From Diadema antillarum (Eukaryota): 64,000 nucleotides of DNA. The translations under genes and the position numbers were made by a program. Below, piece by piece: positions 36,901 through 47,748 of the stretch. Positions within the stretch are counted from its first letter, which is position 1. Each line of letters begins with the position of its first letter. Where the stretch lies: assembly GCF_040938485.1 (NCBI RefSeq), contig NW_027270999.1, positions 1,860,001 through 1,924,000 on the forward strand, given 5' to 3'. The notes beneath the pieces were generated by a model, which made no database searches, was not told the DNA's origin, and was given only the letters and a program-made list of their open reading frames with translations.

Positions 36901-39900
36901 ACTGTTGAAAATATGTTTACAGTAATATATGACGAAAGGACCAAACATACTATCTTCGTCAAAGTAGTCATCAGGGAGGTCACCAATTCCCAGGTTTGGG
37001 TCAATCTCCATGGCAAAGAGGTTCTGGAAACCAGTGACCCTGGTAGGGACCTTGGAGAACTTCTGGTCAAAGGCATCTGAAATGTTATGGGCGGGGTCTG
37101 TGGAGATGATGAGGACAGTCTCCCTGTGTTTGGAGAGTTGGACCGCCAAGCTGCAGCTAAAAGAATGTCAAGTACAGGGAGCATGGTTCACACTGTGATC
37201 TTTGAGAAACTCCATGTCATATGAAAGAAAACACTATCCTTTCAACACTTAAACACCTGAAAAGTTGTTCTTTGGAATAGATAGCATGTCTGATTAGTGT
37301 AGACTTGGTATACCCAGATTATTGTTTACATACTCCCAAAGTTAACCAAAGTGGCAAAATCTATGCAAAGTGTATTTCCAGATTCTTCTTCTGGTTAAGT
37401 ATGCCTCCTTCAATAAGCTGAAGATTCTTGTAGACTGTGTTATTTACATTATAATACAGTTATTTACAGATATTTACAAGCACATAGGCCCTAGCAAATA
37501 TGAAGAACAAAGACTAGCCACTGTGATGTGATCAACCATTAGTCAGTTTCGGAATGCTCCCACAGATGGCCCTGTAACAATTTCCGAGGACAGGGAATTT
37601 CAGTGCCGGTACTTAACTGTTCTCATAGACCACCATAACCAACAATCCAAATGTCATTGATACTTTACCCCTTTGCTTATAAAATCAAATTTTTGACACA
37701 AATAAAACATTCAGAGTTGTCATTGATTATCATTTACATCAATCTGTTACAAGATCATGGAACTTGTTTTGATTTTTACCATGACTACCACATTATTTGA
37801 AACTCCCACAAGGACAATGCTTACAGTCAAAACATCATTACAAGGGTCAGTCCATGTCAAATCATCCAGTGCTTGTCACCCGACCCCCTCCGATTTTCTT
37901 TAAAATCGCACCAAATGTTTCCCAAAGTGTCTGACGGAATATCCCAAAATATTTTGCCCCAAGGTCAATTGGTTGCTAAGATACAGCCTCACATAGCAAC
38001 CAATGCGCATTCCAAAATATTAGTTAAAAGAAAATTATGCATTTTTGATTGATTGTGGTAGCATGGATATTTATGCAAAAGTGTTCATTATCTGCAAATT
38101 GGGAGAACTTTATAGTCTTTGCAAGAAAAAGTGACTGTGACGCGAAATTGACTTTTCGTTAACGTGCACAAGGTCACGGAAAATGGTGTTAAATGTTAAT
38201 TTCGAAAATTTTAATGCATATTTAGGGGCTAATATCTTCCACATTTCATCACCTTAGGTTCTAAAATATTATGCTGCTGAAGGCTTTGACTTGGTCAGTA
38301 ATTTTGAAAAAAATCAGCGGATTCGTGCCCACCGTTTTTACGGAGAGCGCCCTCAAAGTTGACAAAAATGAAAAATGTGCCAAATTCAAGGTCACGGATC
38401 ACCCTTCGTCCCACCTAGGAATGGCATCAATTTTTTTGTATTGATAGACATTTACCTATATTATCTTGGGTTACCAAAGAAATTTTGCTACTGAAATGTT
38501 CAATGGCAAATTTACCCCACTGAAAATGGTCGTAAACGGCCAAAGTCCCATGTAATATCACATATTGGGTTTAGAGGACATTTCAAATGCCCATGCTTTC
38601 AAGATGAAAAGCCCTAGCCCTGTGATATTTGCAGTAGGGGCAGTCTGTTACACATATTTTAGTAATATATACCACAAAACACTTTTATTAAATTATAATG
38701 ACCTTGAAATTTAATCCAAAATTTGAGAAAAACAATAAGTCGCTCCATTTTCCTCATTGCACTGCATGTAATATGTGTTTTGAAAGACTTTTCACAGAGC
38801 AATATTTCAAGAATTATGAAAGCTGACTGCCTAACATATTAAGGTTCTAAACTATTTGTGCTCTTCTTTCAGATTTGGTGTCAATTTGATCATGAATGTT
38901 ATACCCTTGACCTTGAAGTGCTTCTAAAAATAGCTGTAAATTTGTTAACTACAAATTACACACAGACAGGTGTTTTATGGCATGATATACTTGTGATTCT
39001 TTCACAAACACAAAAGCTTTTAATAGTGTGAATGTTATATACTGGAATAAATCTATAGGTTCTTGCAAGATATGTTACAATAAATTACTTTGTTCTGACA
39101 ATGACCCTCAATTTCAGTCACAAAAGCGGACAGTAATATTTTGTGATTTTGTGTGCATTTCCTATGGAAAACAGTGCTTTGTGGTGAAACTCATAAAAAC
39201 TTGACTATTTTTACTATTTATCACTTTGATTGATTAATTCTATTCAAATTATGGTAGAAAAAGTGGGCTGTGACAATTTCCAATAAAGAAAAAAACATGA
39301 ATGCTGTAGAAAATAAAAAACAAAGAAATACATAACAAATATCCCAAAAACAAGAAAATACATAAGAATGGAAATGATTTTGGATGTTGTCATAAGTTAC
39401 AGTACAAATCCCCCCAAAAAGATTACTCTCAGTGCTTTTAATGTGCGTTTCACAGGCTAGAAAAAGAATCATTCTTACGTGTTGGGCGCAATGTCCATAA
39501 TCAACTATTATTATGTACTTTTTGTATGGGCAGGAATAGGCATTTCTCCTGATTTTGAAGGTGATAAATTCAGGGTCACTGTCAGAATAAAGTAATTAAT
39601 TGTAACATATCTTGCAAGAACCTATAGATTTATTCCAGTATATAACATTTACGCCATAAAAACTTTTGTGCTTGTGAAAGAATCACTAGTATGTTATGCC
39701 ATAAAACACCTGTTGTGTGTGTAATTTGTAGTTAACAAATTTACAGCTATTTTTAGAAGCACTTCAAGGTCAAGGGTATAATATTCATGATCAAATTGAC
39801 ACTAAATCTGAAAGAAGAGCACAAATAGTTTAGAACCTTAATATGTTAGGCTGTCAGCTTTCATAATTCTTGAAATATTGCTCTGTGAAAAGTCTTTCAA

Positions 39901-42474
39901 AACACATATTACATGCAGTGCAATGAGGAAAATGGAGCGACTTATTGTTTTTCTCAAATTTTGGATTAAATTTCAAGGTCATTATAATGTAATAAAAGTG
40001 TTTTGTGGTATATATTACTAAAATATGTATAACAGACTGCCCCTACTGCAAATATCACAGGGCTAGGGCTTTTCATCTTGAAAGCGTGGACATTTGAAAT
40101 GTCCTCTAAACCCAATATGTGATATCACATGGGAATTTGGCCGTTTACGACCATTTTCAGTGGGGTAAATTTACCATTGAACATTTCGGTAGCAAAATTT
40201 CTTTGGTAACCCAAGGTAATATAGGTAAATGTCTATCAATACAAAAAAATTGATGCCATTCCTAGGTGGGACGAAGGGTGATCTGTGACCTTGAATTTGG
40301 TACATTTTTCATTTTTGTCAACTTTGAGGGCGCTCTCCGTAAAAACGGTGGGCAAGAATTCGCTGATTTTTTTCAAAATTACTGACCAAGTCAAAGCCTT
40401 CAACAGCATAATATTTTAGAACCTAAGGTGATGAAATGTGGAAGATATTAGCCTCTAAATATGCACTAAAATTTTCGAAATTAACATTTAACGCCATTTT
40501 CGGTGACCTCGTGCACGTTAACGAAAAGTCAATTTCGCGTCACAGTCACTTTTTCTTGCAAAGACTATAAAGTTCTCCCAATTTCCAGATAATGAACACT
40601 TTTGCATAAATATCCATGCTACCACAATCAATCAAAAATGCATAATTTTCTTTTAACTAATATTTTGGAATGCGCATCGGTTGCTATGTGAGGCTGTATC
40701 TTAGCAACCAATTGACCTTGGGGCAAAATATTTTGGGATTTTCCGTCAGACACTTTGGGGAACATTTGGTGCGATTTTAAAGAAAATCGGAGGGGGTCGG
40801 GTGACAACTTTTCTGAAAATTGGATGATTTGACGTGGATTGACCCACAATAGTATACATGTATCTACATTTTGTTTCCTTATGCAGGGCTGCACACCAAC
40901 CCATTTTTTTCTACTGGTCCGACCTGTTTGTCGGACCAGTAGGTTTGTCGGACCAGTAGGTACCCAGTTTTTCCATATTTTACTGGTCTATTGCTGAAAA
41001 AGTTACTAGTCTCAGATACTCCAACTCTCCCGCTTTCGACGGGAGATCTCCCGCCGAAAGCCCATTTTTGCAAAATCTCCCGTTCTCCCGTTTGAGATCT
41101 AATTTCTCCCGCCCTGGCTCTGTGTCTCCCGCTTGAAATTATTTCTTACTTAGTGTCAACGTAAGTTGAAAAATAAGCCTTAGATAGCACGAGAGAGCAT
41201 CTAGAACCCTAGAACTTCGCGCTTCCCGCACAATCAAGTTAGAGTCTCCCATTCGCTAGGGGTTTCAGGCGGGAGAATCTCCAGATCAGAAGGTTCTTGG
41301 GGTTGGAGTGTCTGTAGTCTGACAGTGATTTTTACTGGTCAGGGACCTTAGACCAGTGCCAGTGTGCAGCCTTGCCTTGTAACATTACTTCTCTCTGCCT
41401 GCATTCAAACATCACTCGTGTGAAGCAAGAATTAATACAAATACAGCAAATTTTGTTGCAAGTCCCTGATTTACACAAGGGATGGTTTACACAACTAAAT
41501 GAGTGTGTATTAGAATTATGGTTAGGTTTTTGTAGTTAGCGAATGTAAGCACAGACCTTATACTTACATGAGGAAGATGATGAAGTTTGTTTTATCTGTG
41601 ACATTGTCAGGTCAAATTTGTTTATTGCCACAGTTTAAGTAAACATGTTTTATTCAGTGAAAATAAATGAATTGATATGAATGAATGAAAATGTATTTTT
41701 CAGTGGAGGATTTTATATCAAACTCTTTCCAATGCAAGAAAGTTATGTACAACATGTAGTAACTTCAAAATTAATTTAAGAAATCCTGTGGTAAAGAACT
41801 CCTTCCTTAAGTTTTAGGCATACTGTCTACAAAAGATGAAGAAGCTAGCTGTGACCTGTGTGATAACAATACACAGCCCCGTTGCGTAGTGTTGGATAGT
41901 GTTAGCATGTGATGTGGTTAGTGTCACTGCTATAAGTAACCCCGGCGCAGGGCACTGTTAACCAGTCGGGCTACTACTACCACAGTATACCGGTAGACGC
42001 TCCGATGTCGTTATAGGAAGAGGTTCTAAAAAGCCTTTCTTGCTTTGCCGTTACTTCCATTCCATTCATACCACTACTGTCACTACATCTGCCGTCTGTC
42101 TCATACTATCAGCAGTGTTCGATAGGCCTAACTGCGACCAGCCCCATACGCAGGATGGGGCTGGTCGCACTACTACATGGTAAACAAGACCCACTGCATG
42201 CATGGGTGTATGGCAAAGTCCAACACTACAGTGCAGCAATGCAGATGCTGTCGCGTGCATCAGCATAAACCGGTCGACTGACATCAACATGGGTGTACTG
42301 GTTACTGCCAGCTTACATTCGACAAATCATGTAAATTATCTTGTACCTGCATGTCGTCTTCCCAACTCCTCCTTTTCCACCAACGAAAACCCATTTCAGA
42401 GATTTCTGCTCGATGATATTGCGGATCGAAGGCTCAAGTGGCTCAAAGTCGTCATCAACCATGGAAGTCGCCAT
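30961..42474 (-). CDS. ASNA1: ATPase ASNA1/GET3/TRC40 (tail-anchored protein targeting factor), 346 aa, 7 coding exons
   Basis: Exons (minus): 42474-42347, 37156-36951, 36398-36308, 35331-35181, 34560-34453, 33600-33394, 31110-30961 (1041 nt, GT-AG, in frame). Motifs: [14 protein letters not shown] (deviant Walker A), STDPAHN (switch I), [19 protein letters not shown] (switch II), [11 protein letters not shown], and the CRMC Zn-dimer motif. Confidence 0.97.
31476..32238. mobile_element. Non-autonomous piggyBac-like element (763 bp) in ASNA1 last intron
   Basis: TTAA|CCCTAAAAAGACT...AGTCTTTTTAGGG|TTAA, with subterminal G/C homopolymers in inverted arrangement. Confidence 0.8.
36068..36152. 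mobile_element. ~85-bp piggyBac-like mini-element (copy 5)
   Basis: TTAA|CCTGCTTAAGATG...CATCCTCAATGGG|TTAA. Confidence 0.7.
37844..40845. mobile_element. 3.0-kb foldback DNA transposon with ~1.28-kb TIRs and 4-bp TSD (possibly Sola-like) in ASNA1 intron 1
   Basis: 37844-~39120 is the reverse complement of ~39561-40845 with high identity. The AT-rich spacer is about 440 bp. Termini GGGTC...GACCC, with ACAA directly repeated at 37840-37843 and 40846-40849. No coding capacity seen. Confidence 0.88.
40884..41374. mobile_element. hAT-like MITE interrupted by a nested 302-bp TIR element (41013-41314)
   Basis: Outer TIR CAGGGCTGCACAC / GTGTGCAGCCTTG. Inner TIR CAGATACTCCAAC / GTTGGAGTGTCTG, flanked by TAGTCT on both sides. 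Confidence 0.7.
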
Positions 42475-43843
42475 ATTGGTTTATTACTCAGCTTTTAGTA
42501 CATGACGACCCAAACCAAAGACCAATCAATGAGCGTCACGTGATGAATGCAAAAAACAATAACAATAACAACAACAAAAGAAGACAAAATATCGTGACGT
42601 GTACACATGAGCGTAGAACTTGTTTTTGTTGTTATTTTGTTTGCCCTGCATAACGTCGGTTTGTTTTGTTGTCCAAGAAAGTACATGTATATAAATAAAC
42701 ATCTACATAATTCTTCATTATCTACATAATTCTTTGGTTGAGATGGGGCTTCAGGTTCCAATGTTATTTCTTATGATTTTTTTTCTTTTTAGATAATGAG
42801 AAACCTCCTATGAAAATGTGAAAGAGCATGAAATTCTATGAGGAATTCGAAGTTTACTTGATGAAAATTGGTTTTGAAATGGCTGCGATATTCAAAATAA
42901 AGCGACCCTAGTAAAAGGTGGGACCCTCTTTTTATTACGCTCGCTTTGTTTTACTTTGTTTTTTGATATCTCAGCCATTTCAAAGCTGATTTTCAAAACA
43001 TAAAGTTTGAATTTCTCTAAGAATTTTATTGTATGCTTTTTATCATTTGATAAAATTGTTTCTCGAGTATCTCGTAAGAAAGAATCCACACCTCAACCAA
43101 AACTATGTCATCCCTGATGTTTTACGATCTGGACTACGCATGAATAAGGGTAGAGTTACTGAACAGACACTCTCAAGTCTAAGTATAGTACTTTGTTTAA
43201 AAAAAAAAAATGTGTCCTCTATTGACTGGTTGAAAAAGTTTCTCGTGATTATTTGTATTTTCAACTATTTCAGAATGATGGCATGTTTGACAAACGTGCG
43301 AGGTACTAGGCGAGCTCGCCTAGTACCTCCTTGGTTTGACACTCGATGGTATACTATTTAATTGGACCATGACTCGGACATCGCTTTTAGTGACGATTTT
43401 TTTTTCTTCAAATAATACGTACTATTTGATTGTAAAATAATGCCACAAAGCAAGTGCAACAACGCGCTGCTTCGTTCGGTGACTTTCTGAAAAACAATAT
43501 GTCACCATGGAGGTATTGTTCTAATAGTAGTTCCATGTTCATACTGTGCACATTATAGAAATCGCCACAGTAGACCAAATTAAGTATATCGGAATATGGC
43601 CAGCTAACCTCAATAGGAGCCTATAGCGGTTCTGCGATGTAAGGATGAAGAACTTGACGGAATTCGGAAGTCGGGACCTATACGATTGAAAGTTAGTTCA
43701 GTAATTTCAACCCTCAAAATCCATGTTGATCAATGTCAGGATGCTATATAATACTCTATAATGTCTCGTTGAGAAAATCAATCGCTTTCGTGGCTTTTGG
43801 CGACAATTCAGGTGTCTAATCGACTACTGTACACGGGCTTTAA

Positions 43844-44224
43844 AGGGATAATACAGTATTGGTGGAGATGAGAATTGGGCTTTTAACTTTTTGTGAGATA
43901 CCAAGAAAACACTTATGATATAGTACAGAACATACCATTTTAAGAGGAATTCAAAGTTTATTTGATGACAATCAGGTTTGGAATGACAAAAATATCCAAA
44001 AACAATGTAAAACAAAGCGATCGTTATAAAGTGTGGGTCCCACACTTTATTAGAATCGCTCTTTTTTGGATATCTCAGCCATTTCAAAACCAATTTTCAT
44101 CAAATAAACGTTGAATTCCTCATAGAATTACATGCTCTTTCATATTTCATTTGAGGTTTCTCATTATCTCACCAAAAATGTTAGAAACCTGAAATTAGGT
44201 GTCAACCAAAACTGTACGGTCCCT
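43844..44224. mobile_element. Kolobok-like MITE (TTAA TSD); partial relatives at ~29862-30246 and ~42790-43110
   Basis: TTAA|AGGGATAATACAGT...ACTGTACGGTCCCT|TTAA. A shared internal block ATATCTCAGCCATTTCAAAACCAATTTTCA occurs at all three loci (with minor variants). Confidence 0.7.
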
Positions 44225-44350
44225 TTAAGTTATACCCACATCTCACTGTATATGCCACAGTTCCCTTGAGGTGCTCAAATTTATTTGATATCTATACATT
44301 CTTGTTCCCTTATTTTGGCGATACACTGATTACTGCCAGGATGCAAAGAA

Positions 44351-44542
44351 NNNNNNNNNNNNNNNNNNNNNNNNNNNNNNNNNNNNNNNNNNNNNNNNNN
44401 NNNNNNNNNNNNNNNNNNNNNNNNNNNNNNNNNNNNNNNNNNNNNNNNNNNNNNNNNNNNNNNNNNNNNNNNNNNNNNNNNNNNNNNNNNNNNNNNNNNN
44501 NNNNNNNNNNNNNNNNNNNNNNNNNNNNNNNNNNNNNNNNNN
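44351..44542. other. Assembly gap (192 N)
   Basis: Run of N characters. Confidence 0.99.
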
Positions 44543-44703
44543 CAATATAAAAACTCCGTTAGAGACGTAAATTTGACGAATTTTCGCCCATAGGGCTTTG
44601 TCAAGTCAATACATTTAATCATTTAATCATTTAAATGTATTGACTTGACAAAGCCCTATGGGCGAAAATTCGTCAAAGTTACGTCCACGGAGTTGTTATA
44701 TTG
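44543..44703. repeat. Near-perfect ~160-bp hairpin (arms 44543-44618 and 44631-44703)
   Basis: TTTGACGAATTTTCGCCCATAGGGCTTTGTCAAGTCAATACATTTAA is followed after a 12-nt spacer by its reverse complement. Confidence 0.85.
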
Positions 44704-44850
44704 ACTATATACTGTTTTGAATCTATACTTTCTTAGGACTCCGAGCAGAAACTATAAATTGCTGTTATTCATATATGTATACATATGTATATATAACATG
44801 TTTTCACTATCCCATTTGTTTCTGGTCATCGGTTTTCCCTTTATTTATTT

Positions 44851-44852
<2 letters not shown>

Positions 44853-44901
<49 letters not shown>
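44853..44901. repeat. (TA)n microsatellite; another at ~55688-55722
   Basis: Uninterrupted TA run. Confidence 0.95.
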
Positions 44902-44905
<4 letters not shown>

Positions 44906-45229
44906 ATATATATCTTGAGTTGGAGACTTAGGCATATATAATTATTGTGTTTCTTTTTGCATTGCTGCAAATCCCATGGCATGTTTAAGGCCACGTGAGC
45001 AGAGTCTGAGCGGCCCGATAATAATTAATACTGAGCAAGAGAATTGTGATAATACGATGGCGGCAGGTGTGAATATTCTCAAACTGTCCCGTGACTATAC
45101 ACACACAAAATTATCTCTGCTGCTCTCGTGGACTTGTACAATGATAAACAGACATGCCGAAGTGCAGGCCATTGTACCGCGCTCGAGGTGACACGATCCG
45201 AGTCTCTTGTTGCTGCTGCTTTTAGTCCC

Positions 45230-45425
45230 CTCCTCCTCCAGTCCTGCGTCAACTTCTTTCTTTTTCCGCCTTCTCCCAGCCATCCTCTCCTTTTCCTCCT
45301 CCTCCTCCTCCTCATGATCATGATCATCATCATGTCTGATTCTTCCTCATCTTCTCTTCTCTTTCTGCTTCTTCTGCTACTATACTCGAACTTTCTGCTT
45401 CTCGTCAGCATCTTTCTCATGTATT
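45230..45425. repeat. Pyrimidine-rich low-complexity / (CTC,CTT,CAT)n simple repeat
   Basis: CTCCTCCTC, CATCATCAT and TTCTGC runs. These explain the spurious acidic/basic ORFs in the track. Confidence 0.85.
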
Positions 45426-45772
45426 TTATTTCATTTTATTAGAGCTGTTCTGCTGGCGGTCCTATATGGAAGTTCATTTCTTCTCGTTTGTTTTATTTTA
45501 AAGGTTTAAAATTATCATGGTGACGGTAATGATGAAAGTGACGATGATGAATATGATAGTGATATCTACAAAAACTATATATTTATGTCAGTTTTAATCA
45601 CAGTTTAATATTGGTCAGTTTAGTCACAGTCAAAGCGGAGGATCGCTACCACGACTTGGATTTTAGTTGTGATGAACATGATGAAGCAGCACTTTTTATA
45701 CAATCTATTATATTTTGATAACATGGCTGTGACTGACAGATTACGTAATGAAGTATATGGCTTGCCTTAAAG

Positions 45773-46192
45773 CAGGGCTCCACACTAACTTTTTTGTTTG
45801 GTGGTCCGATGGGGCCACCAAAATCATCAATTTCAAATTTTTGGTGGCCCGAGAGAAAAATTTGGTGGCCCGAAAAAACAATAAAAAACATTAAAAGTCT
45901 TTTTTTGATGAGTCAAATAATTAAGTTTTATCATAGTAAGAATTGGAAGTTGGACATATCTACTCATAAATAAACCTCCACAAACTCGCAACACTCACTC
46001 TCAGGCACTCGTTCAGTCCTTTTCATCCATCCTTTAAATATTTAACTGCTAATTTTCGACACAAAAAGTTACGAATTTATTGACATGCTTTTCAAGGCGG
46101 GCCACCAAATTTGCCCTTTTGGGAAATTTGGTGGCCCGACTTTCATTTTTGGTGGCCCCGGGCCACCGGGCCACCATTAGTGTCGAACCCTG
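45773..46192. mobile_element. hAT-like MITE with internal GGTGGCCC repeats
   Basis: Termini CAGGGCTCCACACTAA / TTAGTGTCGAACCCTG, with CTTAAAG duplicated on both flanks. Confidence 0.7.
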
Positions 46193-46309
46193 CTTAAAGT
46201 GACTATGATATCAAATTCAAGCGCTTTTATCAATAGGACGCATGAGTATGTGTGTATTATTGTGTCTCTTGTTTGTTCCATAAGTTCTTTTATATAAGGT
46301 ACAATTTAT

Positions 46310-46549
46310 CTGTTGTTGTTGTTGTTGTTGTTGTTCATTTTCCATCTGTGAAGATGGCTGGATAGCCCATATTCAGCTACACTAAGCTGGTCTTCCATGG
46401 GGTCCAGTTGGATGTGGGGTGGGACCACTTCACCGGGTTAGACACCCTGCTCTTTGCGATGAATGAATGGATGAAGCGGGATCTTTTACGTGCATGAGCT
46501 GTGACTCTCTCATACACGGGACCTCCATTTTATGTCCTATCCGAGGGAC
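46310..46549 (-). mobile_element. 5'-truncated SINE body with (AAC)n tail
   Basis: Contains GGGATCTTTTACGTGC and CACGGGACCTCCATTTTATGTCCTATCCGAGGGA, resembling conserved invertebrate SINE central domains. (GTT)n on the plus strand at the lower end. No tRNA head. Confidence 0.55.
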
Positions 46550-47314
46550 AAAAACACAAACAAAAATAATTCACACCCTCATCACATACACGACTCAATT
46601 TTTTCATTGAATACATCGCAGTGATATTAGTCCTCTTTTTTATTTTCTATACAAGTCAGACATGTGCAACTAATTGGGGGAAACCGACGGACACATTACG
46701 TATAAAAAGGTGACGAAACAACGAAATGTATGCAGGTACCGTACGTGTGTAAACCTAGCTGTTGAGGTCTCTATTGTCGCGTCATGAACATTTCTTTATC
46801 AAGTATATAGGCTCCTGTATGTGTTTCTTCTAATAGGTATCTTGCAACGTATGGACTATGTCTATGCGCACAACACTCAAACACATCCTAAGCACACATG
46901 TATACGCACATATACTCACACAATGTGATTATGAACATAAGCTGAATCTAGAGCTTTCAGAATGAGCATATAAATTTCTGGCATTGAAAGAAACAAAGAG
47001 TTGCACGATGGGGCACAATAAGACGCCAAACAGAGAAGCGCGTTTTAATGGTTTACGTTTATTTGACATTGTACTCCCAAACAAATCGTTTTGCTGTGTG
47101 AATATTTACCGTGATCATGTGGTGGTACAGGAAAACAAGACAAGAAACATTTACTTAAAAAAAAAAAAAAACCAGATTGGAAATGTGCCAGTCAAGTCAG
47201 CAAATAACAATTCCAAAATATCGTATATTTCATTAAAATGTTGAAAATGGCTTCTAAGATTTTATGTTTGGTGGACGGGAGTCTTCTCCATCTCTGTTAT
47301 ACTTCATACACCAG

Positions 47315-47475
47315 GGCCCCATTTCATAAAGAGTTTATTTGATGACAACTCTTTGCTGGAATGACTATATTGTCATGGTAACGACAAGAATACAGCTTCC
47401 TGATTGGCTGTTTGCTGTGGAAAGTTGTCATTCCAGCAAGAGTTGTCACCCTAACATCTTTTATGAAATGGGGCC
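47315..47475. mobile_element. PIF/Harbinger-like MITE (3-bp TSD CAG)
   Basis: CAG|GGCCCCATTTCATAAA...TTTATGAAATGGGGCC|CAG. Confidence 0.75.
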
Positions 47476-47748
47476 CAGCTGTCATAATTATGTTTTGAAG
47501 TATATGCATCACTCAATCATTTCACCCCATAGAAATTACATATCTACATACGTAACCTTCACATTTTGAAGTTTTATTCTCAGAATAAAGAGGGCAGGAA
47601 AAAAAAAACGCACTAACGATTCCTTTACCAGTTGTTTACCACGTAATGAGGCGCACCTTACATGCATCACACACCCCTAGAATGACTGAAAATTAATTGT
47701 GCACTACACTATTAATTCTAGCTCGTATCCGATTCGGTGGTCGATCTC

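Noticed and set aside
30961-42474. Prokaryote-like ArsA arsenite-efflux ATPase / metal-resistance system
   Set aside because: It is a single-domain, intron-containing protein with the GET3-specific hydrophobic insert and CxxC motif. This is the ordinary eukaryotic ASNA1/GET3.
44266-44622. ORFs spanning the N run
   Set aside because: Artefacts of translating through the assembly gap.
45079-45442. Charged and poly-Leu/Ser ORFs on both strands
   Set aside because: These are translation products of simple trinucleotide repeats.
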